A program made the translations under genes and the position numbers. A stretch of 64,000 bases of DNA from Verrucomicrobiota bacterium (lineage in GTDB: Bacteria > Verrucomicrobiota > Verrucomicrobiia > Limisphaerales > Palsa-1400): contig JBEKYR010000011.1 of NCBI GenBank assembly GCA_049510745.1, forward strand, positions 1 through 64,000, written 5' to 3'. Under the pieces are notes generated by a model. That model worked only from the letters and a program-made list of their open reading frames with translations. It did not search any database and was not told the DNA's origin. This document shows, in pieces, positions 20,947-31,010 of this stretch; positions within the stretch are counted from its first letter, which is position 1; the number at the start of each line of letters is the position of its first letter.

Positions 20947-21286
20947 CCCAAATCTCGTAAGGAATTGTTTTTCAACCGCGGAACACCCAGCGCGGCCAAC
21001 CGCAACCAAAAAAAAGACGGACAGGATTAACAGGATGAACAGGATTGAGAACAGGCTCAGAAAAGAGAATTCCCATCTTCATCCTGTGCATCTTGTTCAT
21101 CCTGTTGGAAAATTTTGTTCTTCTGACAAGAGTCTTTGCCGCAAAAGAACGCAAAGAACGCAGAGATAAGAGCGTATGTTTTTTTCTTTGTGATCTTTGT
21201 GATCTTTGCGGCAATTCATCTTTGGTTGCGGCTGGCCGCGCTGTGTATTTCGCGGTTCAAAAACAATTCCTTGGGCGGGATTTGGG
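20947..21286. repeat. Composite palindromic intergenic element (MITE/REP-like) with about 64-bp imperfect terminal IRs and two internal 9-mer hairpins
   Basis: 20947-21010 is near reverse-complement of 21221-21286; inner arms acaggatta/acaggatga vs catcctgt, and gcaaagaac vs gatctttgt. Confidence 0.85.
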
Positions 21287-21352
21287 TCAAGCCGCCGCCT
21301 CTTGCCTCTTGGCGGCGCAACGGGCAGATTGGGGCCGTGACCGTGATTTCAA

Positions 21353-22570
21353 ATGAATAAGTTCGCCGTTGCGGGACATTGGAAGGAGGCGTTTGACGAC
21401 GCCGCGCTGCGGGCCTGGGCCATCAGGTTGCGCCGGCAATTGGACGCGCCGCGGGTTTCCCTCGGATTGGTTTTCATGACGCCCGGATTCGCCCCCGTCG
21501 CGCCGCAGGTTCTGGAATTGCTGCAAGTCCACGCGGAAATTCCGCTGTTGCTCGGCTGTTCCAGCACCGGCCTCATCATCGGCGGGCGCGAAATCGAGGA
21601 CATTCCCGGACTGGTGGTTTCGCTCTTCGCCTTGCCGGGGGCGGAGTTGCGGGGCGTTCATTTCTCGCAGGAACAGGTCGAGGCGGCCAGCGGGCCGGGA
21701 TATTGGGAGTTGGAGACGGGCGTGGCGGCCAAACAACTCAAGGGCTGGCTGGCCTTCGTGGATCCGTTCAACATGGATGCCGAGGCCTGGCTGCGCGGCT
21801 GGAACGAAACTTACGCCCCCAAACCGATTCTCGGCGGCCTGGCCACCGGCATTTCTTCGCAACGCAGCACCCAGCTTTATCTCAACGGCAAAGTCTTCGA
21901 GGAAGGGGGCGTGGCGGTGGGGTTGAGCGGCGACATCGAATTGTTGAGCGTCATTTCCCAGGGCTGCACGCCCATTGGCGAAACGTGGACGATCACCAAG
22001 GCGGAAGGCAATTTTATCCACGAGATCGCCAACCGCCCGGCTTACGAGATTCTGGCCGAGACGTTCCTCCAGCTTTCGGCGGAGGAACAACGGCTGGCGC
22101 GCGGCAACCTCTTCATCGGCCTGGTGGTCAACGAATACCTCCATGACTTCGGGCGCGGCGATTTCCTGGTGCGCGACATTCTGGGGGGCGACCCGAACAC
22201 GGGCAGCCTGTCGGTCGGGGCGTTGGCGCGGCCGGGGCAGACCATTCAGTTCCAGCGCCGGGACGCGGCGGCGGCGACGGAGGACATGATCGCCATGCTG
22301 GACAAGCTCTGCCCGCGGCTGGCGGGGCGGACGCTTTACGGCGGCTGCCTGTGCAACTGCAACGGGCGCGGTCGGCGGCTTTTCGGCCATCCCAACCACG
22401 ACGCCGGGCTGGTGCAGGAAAAGATCGGGCCGCTGGAGTTGACCGGGTTCTTTTGCAACGGCGAGATCGGCCCGGTGGGCGAGCGCAATTTTCTCCACGG
22501 CTACACGGCTTCGCTGGCATTGTTGACCGGGCCGCGAGAGCGGAAAGGGCAGGGGAGCCCGGCGGCGTGA
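21353..22570 (+). CDS. FIST N/C domain signal transduction protein
   Basis: GCSSTGLI, GGLA, SQGCTPIG, DFLVR, CNGRG, GFFCNGEIGPVG, LHGYTAS. Confidence 0.9.
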   Translation: MNKFAVAGHWKEAFDDAALRAWAIRLRRQLDAPRVSLGLVFMTPGFAPVAPQVLELLQVHAEIPLLLGCSSTGLIIGGREIEDIPGLVVSLFALPGAELRGVHFSQEQVEAASGPGYWELETGVAAKQLKGWLAFVDPFNMDAEAWLRGWNETYAPKPILGGLATGISSQRSTQLYLNGKVFEEGGVAVGLSGDIELLSVISQGCTPIGETWTITKAEGNFIHEIANRPAYEILAETFLQLSAEEQRLARGNLFIGLVVNEYLHDFGRGDFLVRDILGGDPNTGSLSVGALARPGQTIQFQRRDAAAATEDMIAMLDKLCPRLAGRTLYGGCLCNCNGRGRRLFGHPNHDAGLVQEKIGPLELTGFFCNGEIGPVGERNFLHGYTASLALLTGPRERKGQGSPAA

Positions 22571-22607
22571 ATGGCCCAAATTCTCTAAGACGGGCGCGAA
22601 ACATTCA

Positions 22608-22746
22608 GGGGAGTACACGCGCCCGCGCGTGTCGTGGCCGGCGCCCTCGCCGGCCACATCTTTGAATCTTATACACTTCCTATGGAATTTGGGGATGCCA
22701 TCGGCGAGGGCGCCGATGGCGACACACGAGGGCGCGTGTTCTCCCC
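22608..22746. repeat. REP-like inverted pair, each arm a double hairpin
   Basis: ggggagtacacgcgccc...gtggccggcgccctcgccggccac faces gccatcggcgagggcgccgatggcgacacacgagggcgcgtgttctcccc; lies between convergent genes. Confidence 0.85.
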
Positions 22747-22821
22747 GATCCGCAGCCGTCCTTTCGTTACGCGAGGATCAGGGGAACGGCCGGCAGGCTT
22801 GACCGCACCCGGCGGGAACCT

Positions 22822-24273
22822 TCAGTTGGCGGCGTCTTCCTCGGCCAGTTTGCGATACAAGGTCGCCACGCTCACTCCGAGCAGTTCGGCGGCCTTCTCC
22901 TTGTCGCCGCTGGTTTGGGCCAGGGCGCGGTTGACGTAGCCCAATTCCTGGTCGCGCAAGTAGTCGCGCAAGGGGCCGACCGGCTGGGAGAAAGAGGGCT
23001 GCGGGGCGGCGCTGGCCGCGCCGACTGCAAGGGCCGCGCCCGATTCGGGCGGGGCTTGCGGGGTTTCCACCAACTCTTCTCCGCCGTCCGCAGTGGCGTG
23101 GCGGCGCAGGATGGGCGGCAAATCCGCCACGCGAATGGTGTCGTCTTCGCACAAGGCGCAGGCGCGCTCGATGGCGTTTTCCAGTTCGCGCACGTTGCCG
23201 GGCCAATCGTGGGCCGCCAGCACATCGAGGGCTTTGCGGCTGATGCTGAAAAGCTTGCCCGTGCGCGAACTGATCTTGTTGCGCAGAAAGTGCATGGTCA
23301 GCACCGGGATGTCTTCGCGGCGCTCGCGCAAGCTGGGCAGGTTGATCGGGATGACGTTCAGGCGGTAGAAGAGGTCTTCGCGGAAGGTGCCTTCCTTGAT
23401 CCTCTTTTCCAGCGGTTCGTTGGTGGCGGAGAGGACGCGCACGTTGACGCTGACGGGAACATTGTCCCCCACGCGGCGGACTTCTTTATCCTGCAAGACG
23501 CGCAGCAGGCGGCTTTGCAGGACCGGGGGCATGGAGCTGATTTCGTCCAGGAAAATCGTGCCGCCGTCGGCTTCCTGGAAAAGGCCCTTTTTGTCGTTGA
23601 TCGCCCCGGTGAAGGCGCCCTTGCAATGGCCGAACAACTCCGATTCCAGCAGGTTCTCCGGCAGGGCGCTGCAATTGATGGGGATGAACGGGGCAAACTG
23701 GCGGCGGCTGTTAAAATGCAGCGCGCGGGCGACCAATTCCTTGCCCGTGCCGCTCTCGCCGAGGATCAGGATCGTGCTGTCGGTGTCGGCCACGCGCTCG
23801 ATCATTTTGAAGACGTCCTGCATCTGGGGCGAGTTGCCGATCAACTGGTTGAACTGGTACTTCTTCTTCAGTTGCTTGCGCAGGTAAATGTTCTCCGATA
23901 TGGCGTCGTTGTAGGAGAGCGCCCGCTGGATGCACAGGCGCAGATCATCGACCTTGAAGGGCTTTTCCAAATAATCGAACGCCCCCTTTTTCATTGCGTC
24001 CACCGCCGTTTCGATGGTGGCGTAGGCGGTGATGACGATGACGGTGGAAGGGGGGTTGAGGGCGCGGGCCTTTTGCAGGATTTCCAGGCCGTGCGTGCGG
24101 GTCTTGTCCAGGTAGAGGTCGGTGATGACCAGTTCCGGGCACTGCGCTTCGAGGGTCTCGACCGCGGCGTTGAAGTTGCTGAACGGGAAAACCTCGTGCC
24201 CCTCCCGGCGCAGAAGTTCGGTGACCATCTGCACCATCGTCACTTCGTCGTCAATCAACAGAACTTTTGCCAT
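22822..24273 (-). CDS. Sigma54-dependent response regulator (NtrC family)
   Basis: REC domain, GESGTGKE, GAFTGA, FREDLFYRL, WPGNVRELEN, C-terminal Fis HTH. Confidence 0.95.
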   Translation of the reverse strand: MAKVLLIDDEVTMVQMVTELLRREGHEVFPFSNFNAAVETLEAQCPELVITDLYLDKTRTHGLEILQKARALNPPSTVIVITAYATIETAVDAMKKGAFDYLEKPFKVDDLRLCIQRALSYNDAISENIYLRKQLKKKYQFNQLIGNSPQMQDVFKMIERVADTDSTILILGESGTGKELVARALHFNSRRQFAPFIPINCSALPENLLESELFGHCKGAFTGAINDKKGLFQEADGGTIFLDEISSMPPVLQSRLLRVLQDKEVRRVGDNVPVSVNVRVLSATNEPLEKRIKEGTFREDLFYRLNVIPINLPSLRERREDIPVLTMHFLRNKISSRTGKLFSISRKALDVLAAHDWPGNVRELENAIERACALCEDDTIRVADLPPILRRHATADGGEELVETPQAPPESGAALAVGAASAAPQPSFSQPVGPLRDYLRDQELGYVNRALAQTSGDKEKAAELLGVSVATLYRKLAEEDAAN

Positions 24274-24328
24274 GCCTGAACCTTAACCAAGGGGCGGCCC
24301 AACCGCAAGCATTAGCCGGTGCGGTTTT

Positions 24329-25540
24329 TCAGTGTTTGCCGGACACCAGGTCGCTCAGTTTGAAGATCGGCAGAAACATGCAAATCACAATCCCGCCCAC
24401 CACCACTCCCAAAAACACGATCAACAGCGGCTCGATCAGCGAGGTCAACCCCGACAACGTGTTCTCGATCTCCTCGTCCAGAAAATCCGCCACCCGTTCC
24501 AGCATGGCGTCGATCTTGCCCGTTTGTTCCCCGGCCGTGATCATGCGGATGATCATGGTGGGGAAAACCGGATGCTTGCCCAGGGCGTTGGAGATGCCCT
24601 CGCCCCGCTCGATGTCGGTCGTGGCCGTTTTGACGGCCGCTTCCATGATGACGTTGCCCACCGTGTTTTGCACGATGGCCAGCACTTCCAGGATGGGCAC
24701 GCCGCTGCGCACCAGCGACGCCATCGTCCGGCAAAACCGGGCCAGGCAGATTTTATGGGCGATCGGCCCGAAGATCGGCAGCTTGATGCGGCGGGCGTCC
24801 CAAAAGGCCCGCCCGACCGGCGTTTTGATGTAGTAGAGCCAGCCAAAGACCACCACGCCCGCGCCCAGGATGAACCAAACGAAATAATGCCGCAAGACGT
24901 TGCTCACATTGATCAGGTACTGGGTCGGCGTCGGCAGGTGACCGCCCATCGAGGTGAAAATATCGCTGAACACCGGCACGACCTTGACCAGGAGGAAAAT
25001 GGTGATGCCGATGGCCACAATGGTGACGGCGGTCGGATACATCATGGCCGATTTGACCTTCTTGCGCAGGCGGGCGGTGTTTTCCAGGTATGTGGCCAGG
25101 CGCGAGAGGATTTCCGCCAGCAAACCGCCCTTTTCGCCGGCGGCCACCATGGAATAATAGAGCTTGGTGAACACCTTGGGATGCTTCTGCAACGCCTCGG
25201 AGAACCCGTCGCCCCCCTCCACCCGCGTGGTGATGTCCTTGATCACATCGCGCATGACCTTATTGTCCGTTTGCTCCGCCAGGGCCTGGAGCGATTGGAC
25301 CATGGCCAGGCCGGCGTCGATCATGGTGGCCAGTTGGCGGGTGAAGATGACCAGGTCGCCCAGGGAAACCGACCCGCCGCTGGTGCGGCCTTTTTTGGAG
25401 ATTTTTTCCTGGATGGCCACGACCATCAGGTTGCGATTCAGGAGGGCGGCAATGGCATTGGCCTCCGAGGAGGCATCGACACTGCTGCGAATCTCCCGGC
25501 CCGTGGCCGAATCCCGCGCGACATAGCTGAACGATGGCAT
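24329..25540 (-). CDS. pilC: Type II secretion / type IV pilus platform protein (GspF/PilC)
   Basis: FTRQLATMIDAG, AGEKGG, KVKSAMMYP, AGEQTG, IEPLLIV, MFLPIF. Confidence 0.9.
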   Translation of the reverse strand: MPSFSYVARDSATGREIRSSVDASSEANAIAALLNRNLMVVAIQEKISKKGRTSGGSVSLGDLVIFTRQLATMIDAGLAMVQSLQALAEQTDNKVMRDVIKDITTRVEGGDGFSEALQKHPKVFTKLYYSMVAAGEKGGLLAEILSRLATYLENTARLRKKVKSAMMYPTAVTIVAIGITIFLLVKVVPVFSDIFTSMGGHLPTPTQYLINVSNVLRHYFVWFILGAGVVVFGWLYYIKTPVGRAFWDARRIKLPIFGPIAHKICLARFCRTMASLVRSGVPILEVLAIVQNTVGNVIMEAAVKTATTDIERGEGISNALGKHPVFPTMIIRMITAGEQTGKIDAMLERVADFLDEEIENTLSGLTSLIEPLLIVFLGVVVGGIVICMFLPIFKLSDLVSGKH

Positions 25541-25818
25541 AAACGATTCTGCTTTCCGGTTCTCGTATCAATTCCGCGGCCGGATTGCAAGCCAAACTTG
25601 GCGGGGTTTTTTAGGGCCGGGGAGAACCGTGAGCCGCCCCGGGCAAGCTGAGAATAGCTGAAAATGGCCCTGGGAACGCAGCGCCGAAATTCTTCGGGGT
25701 GAAAGTGCGGCCACAGATTAACACAGACGCACACAGATAAGGAATGCAGCCCGGAAACTCTTCTGGGGTGCAAGTGCCGAACGCCCGAAAACGGGTTTTC
25801 CCTTATAGGGTATACCCG

Positions 25819-25990
25819 AAAAAACAACTGGAGTCCGAGAAGAGCCTTTACAGCATTTTGCAGATTTTGAGCGTGAACGTGTATGAGCAAGAGCCTCTGC
25901 ATCAAGTGCTTAGAGATTCACCATCGCAGATTTTGGAAGGCAATCTTTGCAACCAATTGGTATTCAACTACTAATATCCAGACAGCAGTG
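25819..25990 (+). pseudogene. 3' end remnant of an IS4-family transposase plus probable terminal repeat
   Basis: KKQLESEKSLYSILQILSVNVYEQEPLHQVL...NQLVFNY* resembles C-termini of IS4-family transposases; followed by ccagacagcagtg. Confidence 0.65.
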
Positions 25991-26093
25991 TACACCCAAA
26001 CAGGTAATTGCCTGGCCGATTGGGCTGGCGCTAAGATATTTACATGAATCGCTGCTTATCGATTCCAGAAAGGACAAGAAATGGGGAGTTGTA

Positions 26094-27220
26094 ATGGGAG
26101 AAAATCTGCGGCATTTTATCATTCCGATGAGACAGCACGCATCTACGCTCGCCGGCGGCCTCACCGGCTTACTATTCCTAGCCGGCGTGGGTTCCGCTGG
26201 TGCGGCGGATGACGGCAAACCGCATTGGGCGACCGACCTTTTGACCAACGCCGCACAAATCCGTATTTTGTCGGCGGCTGAAACGTCTAAGTGCTTACCG
26301 GTGTGTCTGTTGGGGGTAATGATGGATAAGGTTACGAGCGATCCGGACCGTATTGCGATTATTCTGCAAGATCAGACGGCCGGGATATATGTGCTGACAA
26401 AGCCGAACGCACACAGTGTTCTTGCTCATTATCATCGCGGAGATTTGTTGGAAATAAGAGGCGTGACTGATTGCGGGCAATTCGCGCCGATCGTCATTGT
26501 TGATTCGGCGCAGAAATTGGGAACGGCGCCCATTCCAGCGGCAAAGCCGGCTAAATACCAACAAATAATTACCGGGGCACTGGACGCCCAATGGGTGGAA
26601 CTCAAAGGGGTGGTTCGCCAATGTTTTAATTTTGATGTGGTTTCCAATACACAAAGAATCGACATCGCGGTGGATGGAGGCAACCTCGTGCGAACAATGC
26701 TCACTACCCAGCCGCAAGAACCTATACAGGTGGACGCGGAGGTGACGGTGGATGCGATTTGCCTCTACCAGTTCAATCAGAAACGCCAGGTGCTCAGACC
26801 GATATTACTCGTTCCACACGGCGTCCCATTGGTGGTTGAGAAACCGGCTCCGGCGGACCCGTATGCGGTGCCTGTGCGCTCCTTGACCAGTCTGTTGACG
26901 TTTTCCCCGCAGAATCTTTATGCGTATTCGCATCGGATGCATGTCCGTGGCATTGTCACGTATGCCCAATTGGGTTCATTCATCTGGATTCGTGACGAGA
27001 ATACAGGGCTGCGCCTTCAAAGCAGTCAAAAAGAGGAGTTACTGCCCGGTGATCACATTGAGGCACTAGGATTTCCGGCAAGTGGCTCCAATATACCTAA
27101 GCTTGAGGATGCTGTCTTTCGGAAAATAGGCTCCGCTAAACCGCCCAATCCCATACGTCTAACCAATTTTGCCGAGGCTTTTAATCATGAAGATGATTTG
27201 ATCGTTATTGAAGGAATACT
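26094..27220 (+). pseudogene. 5' part of a sensor histidine kinase (signal peptide plus OB-fold-like repeats), interrupted by IS
   Basis: LQDQTAGIY, GQFAP, DAQWVELKGVVR, VRGIVT repeats; removing the IS and one target duplication restores EGIL-TQIQSF in frame. Confidence 0.85.
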
Positions 27221-27278
27221 CTCACATTCCGCACTTGGAAGATGTAAGAGTTGGCCAGCCGTTTGGGATGGGGGATCA

Positions 27279-28904
27279 TTATCCGTAGACGGCGGCGTTG
27301 ATGTTCAATAAATCCAGGACGGTTTTCTCGATGGCGGAGAGCGGATCGACGAAGCACTTTAGAAACCGGTCCTCTTCATAGAGATGATATTTGGCTCGCA
27401 TGGCGAAAGTATCCAGGACCTGGGCGAAAGAGGGCGTTTTGGATTCGCGGCCTTCTGGCAAAATGGCAATGGCTTTGATCTTGCGGCGAATCATGTTTTT
27501 GCGGAGGGAGCGTTCGATCAAAGCGGCGACCAACTGGGCGACAAAGCAGAGGAACATGAGGGCCTCAATGCGGCTGTTTTTCTTTAAAAACAGCGGGGAA
27601 ATCTCCAGCACCGATTTGGCCAGGAAGTGTCTTTTTTCCAGGCGAGGCTGGTATTTGTATTTTTTGAGCGCCTCCAAAGGGGATAAGCCGGCATTGGTGA
27701 CGTAGGGAAAGACCCCGTCCATGGTCTTGGCGGCGGCCACCGCCGCTGGATCGGGCTGGGCGCGGAGAATGGGAACCTTCCGGACAACCCGTCTGTAATG
27801 GGTCTTGGGGGAGGGTTTGCCGCGGGTGGTCTGGATGAAGTCGGTTTTTTCCTCAAACTCAATTTGACAGAGGATAAGATTTTTGAGGTGATAGCGGGCC
27901 AGGATGTTTTCAGCGGCCCGGCGGATAGCCGGCTCGGTTTTGGGACCGCGGCCGCGTCTTTGGTTCAGGCGTTCCAGTTTTTGGAGGGCGGCCTCGATGC
28001 GACCCTGCCGATCTTGCGCGTCGTGCCGGCATTTTTCCGAAGAGCGATACCAGTAAATGCGGAAGCCCTCGTGCATCTGGTAGAGGCCGGCCGCCAGATC
28101 GAAAACTTCCCGGCGCTGGTATTTGCGGCAGGCGGGCCGGCTCCACAACGGTTGCCAGCGCACCTGGCAATCGGCGGCTTGCCGGGCGAAGTCGTTGGCC
28201 TCGGCGCGGCCGCGGGGCAGAACGGTCAGGAAGCGCCCTCCCTCTTTGTCCAAGCGCAAGAGGTTGTCGGTGGCGCAGAGTTTGCAATCAGCCACGTAAA
28301 GAAAATCCGACCGGCCCAACAATCGGCACAGACATTGCCAGGTTTCCCAGTGGGTGCCGTCATCGCTTTGGTTGCCGGGGTAGGTTTTAAAATGGATCGG
28401 CACGGCTTGGTCGGCGCAGACGGACAAAGATTGGATGAGTTGCTTTAAGTCGGGCCGATGATCCTTGCTGAAGCCCCGGAGCAGTTGGATGGCCTTGGGG
28501 TCTTGGTGGGCGTAGGCGCCACAAAACTTGATGGAGGTCGAATCGTTATGAATCTGGCTGGTGTCCAGGTCAAAGGTCTTGACCGCATGGACCACCAAGG
28601 CGGTCATCAAACTGGCGCGGTCACTCTGGAAGAGGCGGTCCAAAGCGCGGCCCAGAGCGTCATCGCCCAGGTGCTGGGCCGGTCGCAGGTCCGGGTCATA
28701 ACGCTGAGCCCAAGCCTCGATCCGGTAGAGGGCGTTGGGTTTGAGCAGGAGGCTTGTGACCAGCAACTGGAGGGCTTCGACATAGTGGGAGGGAGTGATT
28801 TGCTGGGCCAGCAGCGGGCGCAGGTTTAGAGCGCGCAGGAAATGGTCCACGACGGGCCAGGCCCCTTGCAATTTTTTGCGCAAACGGAGCGATTGTTCTT
28901 GCAT
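27279..28904 (-). CDS. IS1634-family DDE transposase
   Basis: DDALGRALDRL, HNDSTS, GFSKDHRPDLKQ, GNQSD, YVADCKL, YKYQPRLEKR. Confidence 0.9.
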   Translation of the reverse strand: MQEQSLRLRKKLQGAWPVVDHFLRALNLRPLLAQQITPSHYVEALQLLVTSLLLKPNALYRIEAWAQRYDPDLRPAQHLGDDALGRALDRLFQSDRASLMTALVVHAVKTFDLDTSQIHNDSTSIKFCGAYAHQDPKAIQLLRGFSKDHRPDLKQLIQSLSVCADQAVPIHFKTYPGNQSDDGTHWETWQCLCRLLGRSDFLYVADCKLCATDNLLRLDKEGGRFLTVLPRGRAEANDFARQAADCQVRWQPLWSRPACRKYQRREVFDLAAGLYQMHEGFRIYWYRSSEKCRHDAQDRQGRIEAALQKLERLNQRRGRGPKTEPAIRRAAENILARYHLKNLILCQIEFEEKTDFIQTTRGKPSPKTHYRRVVRKVPILRAQPDPAAVAAAKTMDGVFPYVTNAGLSPLEALKKYKYQPRLEKRHFLAKSVLEISPLFLKKNSRIEALMFLCFVAQLVAALIERSLRKNMIRRKIKAIAILPEGRESKTPSFAQVLDTFAMRAKYHLYEEDRFLKCFVDPLSAIEKTVLDLLNINAAVYG

Positions 28905-28912
28905 GGGGCCTT

Positions 28913-28938
28913 ATCCTAATGTATATAGACATTAGGAT
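28913..28938. promoter_or_regulatory. Operator-like palindrome between the divergent IS genes
   Basis: atcctaatgt-atatag-acattaggat, perfect 10-bp arms. Confidence 0.6.
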
Positions 28939-29248
28939 GCAAGAGAAAAATGAAAAAATAATTATGCTGCAAGTGACCCTTCCCCTGTTGCCGGGAAGCA
29001 TCTCCACCGCTTCCAGCACCTGCGGCAAACACCGGTGCGCATGCAAAGACGACCCGCCCAAGCTCCACGGCGTCTATTATCGCTGGACGGGAACCCTGGA
29101 GGGCAAACGAACGACAAAAACGATCAGCAAAGAAGTGGCCAAGGAATGCGAGCGCCGAATCAAGAACTACAGGCGTCTGCAACGGCAAATCGAAACACTT
29201 CTGGCCCAAGCTTTGGCGCAAGCCCCTTGGAAAGGAGAACAGATATGA
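28937..29248 (+). CDS. DUF6788-like small Cys/His protein inside the IS (start may be 28964)
   Basis: PGSI...CGKHRCAC...HGVYYRW..GKRTT, basic C-terminal helix. Confidence 0.75.
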   Translation: MQEKNEKIIMLQVTLPLLPGSISTASSTCGKHRCACKDDPPKLHGVYYRWTGTLEGKRTTKTISKEVAKECERRIKNYRRLQRQIETLLAQALAQAPWKGEQI

Positions 29249-29332
29249 GAGTGTGACCAACGCAATCGCTTCCGCCAACGCTACTTACATCCACTGGTTT
29301 TACATCTTCCAAGTGCGGAATGTGAGAATACT

Positions 29333-30371
29333 CACTCAAATTCAATCCTTTCTGAATGGGATGTCTCTTACGCTCGATATGGAAGGCCAGCTTTTCCATG
29401 CAGTTTTGAAGACATCTTCTGATCAACATGACCATCCAAACTGGCAGACCGGCGCCAAAGTTCGCATTACGGGTATTTGCGCTTTCGTTCATGATGATGC
29501 GCAGCTCTCATTTGGAATTTGGCAGCCAACGTCGTTTCAGATTCTGCTTCGCTCGCCCGCGGATCTGAAAATTCTCAAACCGCCGTCGTGGTGGACTCAC
29601 CGGCATATCACAATGATTCTCTGCACGGCCACCGGCGCCTTGATGCTTATTATCGGGGTGGTCGTGATGTTTTCACGCCATCGCCTGCGCCAACAACAGC
29701 GCCATCGGCAAATGGCGGAAGCGGAATTCGCCGCCATTTTATCCGAACGCAATCGCATGGCCCGCGAGATCCACGACACGCTGGCCCAGGGCCTTGTGGC
29801 GACCTTGGTGCATTTGCGGTTGGTCAAGAAGCAAATTTGCAACGGTGGCGCCTCTGTCACCCAGCATCTCGATGACGCCCAACAGCTTGTTCAGGAAAGC
29901 CTCGAAGAGGCGCGCAGTTCCATTTGGAACATGCGTTCGCAAGTTCTTGAAAACAGCGACCTCGCGGGCGCGCTTGAAGGCATCTTGCGCCAGCTCTCCG
30001 GCGGCAGCGCCGTGCAAACCTCCCTCGCCGTCACCGGCAACGCCCGTCGTCTGGCGCCCGTTGTCGAAAATAATTTGCTCCGGGTCGGCCAGGAGGCGAT
30101 CACCAACGCCACCCGCCACGCCCGCGCCACCCGCATCGCCGTCACGCTGGACTTCGCCGAGAGTCAATTCCGCCTCATGGTCCGCGACGACGGCCGGGGC
30201 TTTGACGCCGGCCAGCCCCCCCCGGGCGAGGGCGGTTTTGGCCTGGTCGGCATCCGCGAGCGCGCCGCCCAACTGAACGGCGAACTGCGCATCCGCAGCG
30301 CGCCGGGAGGCGGCACCGAAATCTCTTTGAGTGTGCCCCTGCCGGCCGATTCCCCGCCGGCCCTGTCATGA
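29333..30371 (+). pseudogene. 3' part of the interrupted HisKA_3 sensor kinase
   Basis: PPSWWT plus TM, ERNRMAREIHDTLAQG, QEAITNA, DDGRGF, GFGLVGIRER. Confidence 0.9.
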
Positions 30372-31000
30372 AGAAAAAGAACCCAATCCGTGTCATGTTG
30401 GTGGACGATCATCCGGCGTTCCGCAAAGGCCTGGCCGCGCTGGTCGAAAGCGAGGCCGACTTGTCCGTCGTGGCCGAGACCGGGGACGGGTGCCAGGCGG
30501 TCGAGTTGTTTCGCCAGGTCCGGCCCGACGTGGTCTTGATGGATTTGCGCCTGCCCGGCATGGGGGGCGTCGAGGCCATCCTGGCCATCCGCAAAGAGTT
30601 CGCCCAGGCTCGCGTCATCGTCCTGACCACGTTCGACACCGATGAGGACATCTATCGGGCCATTCAATCGGGCGCAAAATCATTTCTGCTCAAGGACACG
30701 CCGGAGGATGAACTGGCGGCGACGATCCGCGCGGTGCATGGCGGCGCGGAGAAGTTGCCGTCGCGGGTGGCCGACCGGCTGGCCGTCCGCCAGCAGCGCG
30801 CGGAGTTGTCGCAGCGCGAAATGCAGGTTCTCGAACTCCTCGTCAAAGGACGGATCAACAAAGAAATCTCCGCCGCGTTGTTCATTTCCGAGGACACGGT
30901 CAAGGCGCACATGAAAACTTTGTTCGTCAAACTTCAGGTGCAGGACCGCACGCAAGCCGCCATCACCGCCGTGCGCCACGGCATTGTTCACCTGGAGTAA
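30368..31000 (+). CDS. NarL/LuxR-family response regulator
   Basis: VDDH, PDVVLMDLRLP, LSQRE..., SEDTVKAH, DRTQA. Confidence 0.95.
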   Translation: MKKKNPIRVMLVDDHPAFRKGLAALVESEADLSVVAETGDGCQAVELFRQVRPDVVLMDLRLPGMGGVEAILAIRKEFAQARVIVLTTFDTDEDIYRAIQSGAKSFLLKDTPEDELAATIRAVHGGAEKLPSRVADRLAVRQQRAELSQREMQVLELLVKGRINKEISAALFISEDTVKAHMKTLFVKLQVQDRTQAAITAVRHGIVHLE

Positions 31001-31010
31001 GCGCTCATTT

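Larger units (their letters stand above)
27221..29326. mobile_element. Complete IS1634-type insertion sequence, 2106 bp
   Basis: Perfect 27-bp IRs ctcacattccgcacttggaagatgtaa (27221-27247) and ttacatcttccaagtgcggaatgtgag (29300-29326); direct repeat aatact at 27215-27220 and 29327-29332. Confidence 0.95.

Noticed and set aside
20852..21360. Small ORFs with ILFILFIL / LCDLCDLC / RINRMNR repeats (also near 35.9 kb and 55.7 kb)
   Set aside because: Translations of the 9-bp repeat elements, not supported as genes
25673..25779. Possible CRISPR repeat-spacer-repeat
   Set aside because: Only two divergent copies, the spacer is itself a microrepeat, and no cas genes are in the window
25947..27311. 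454-aa ORF as an intact gene
   Set aside because: Its last 30 or so codons come from the IS end; it is the 5' part of the disrupted kinase
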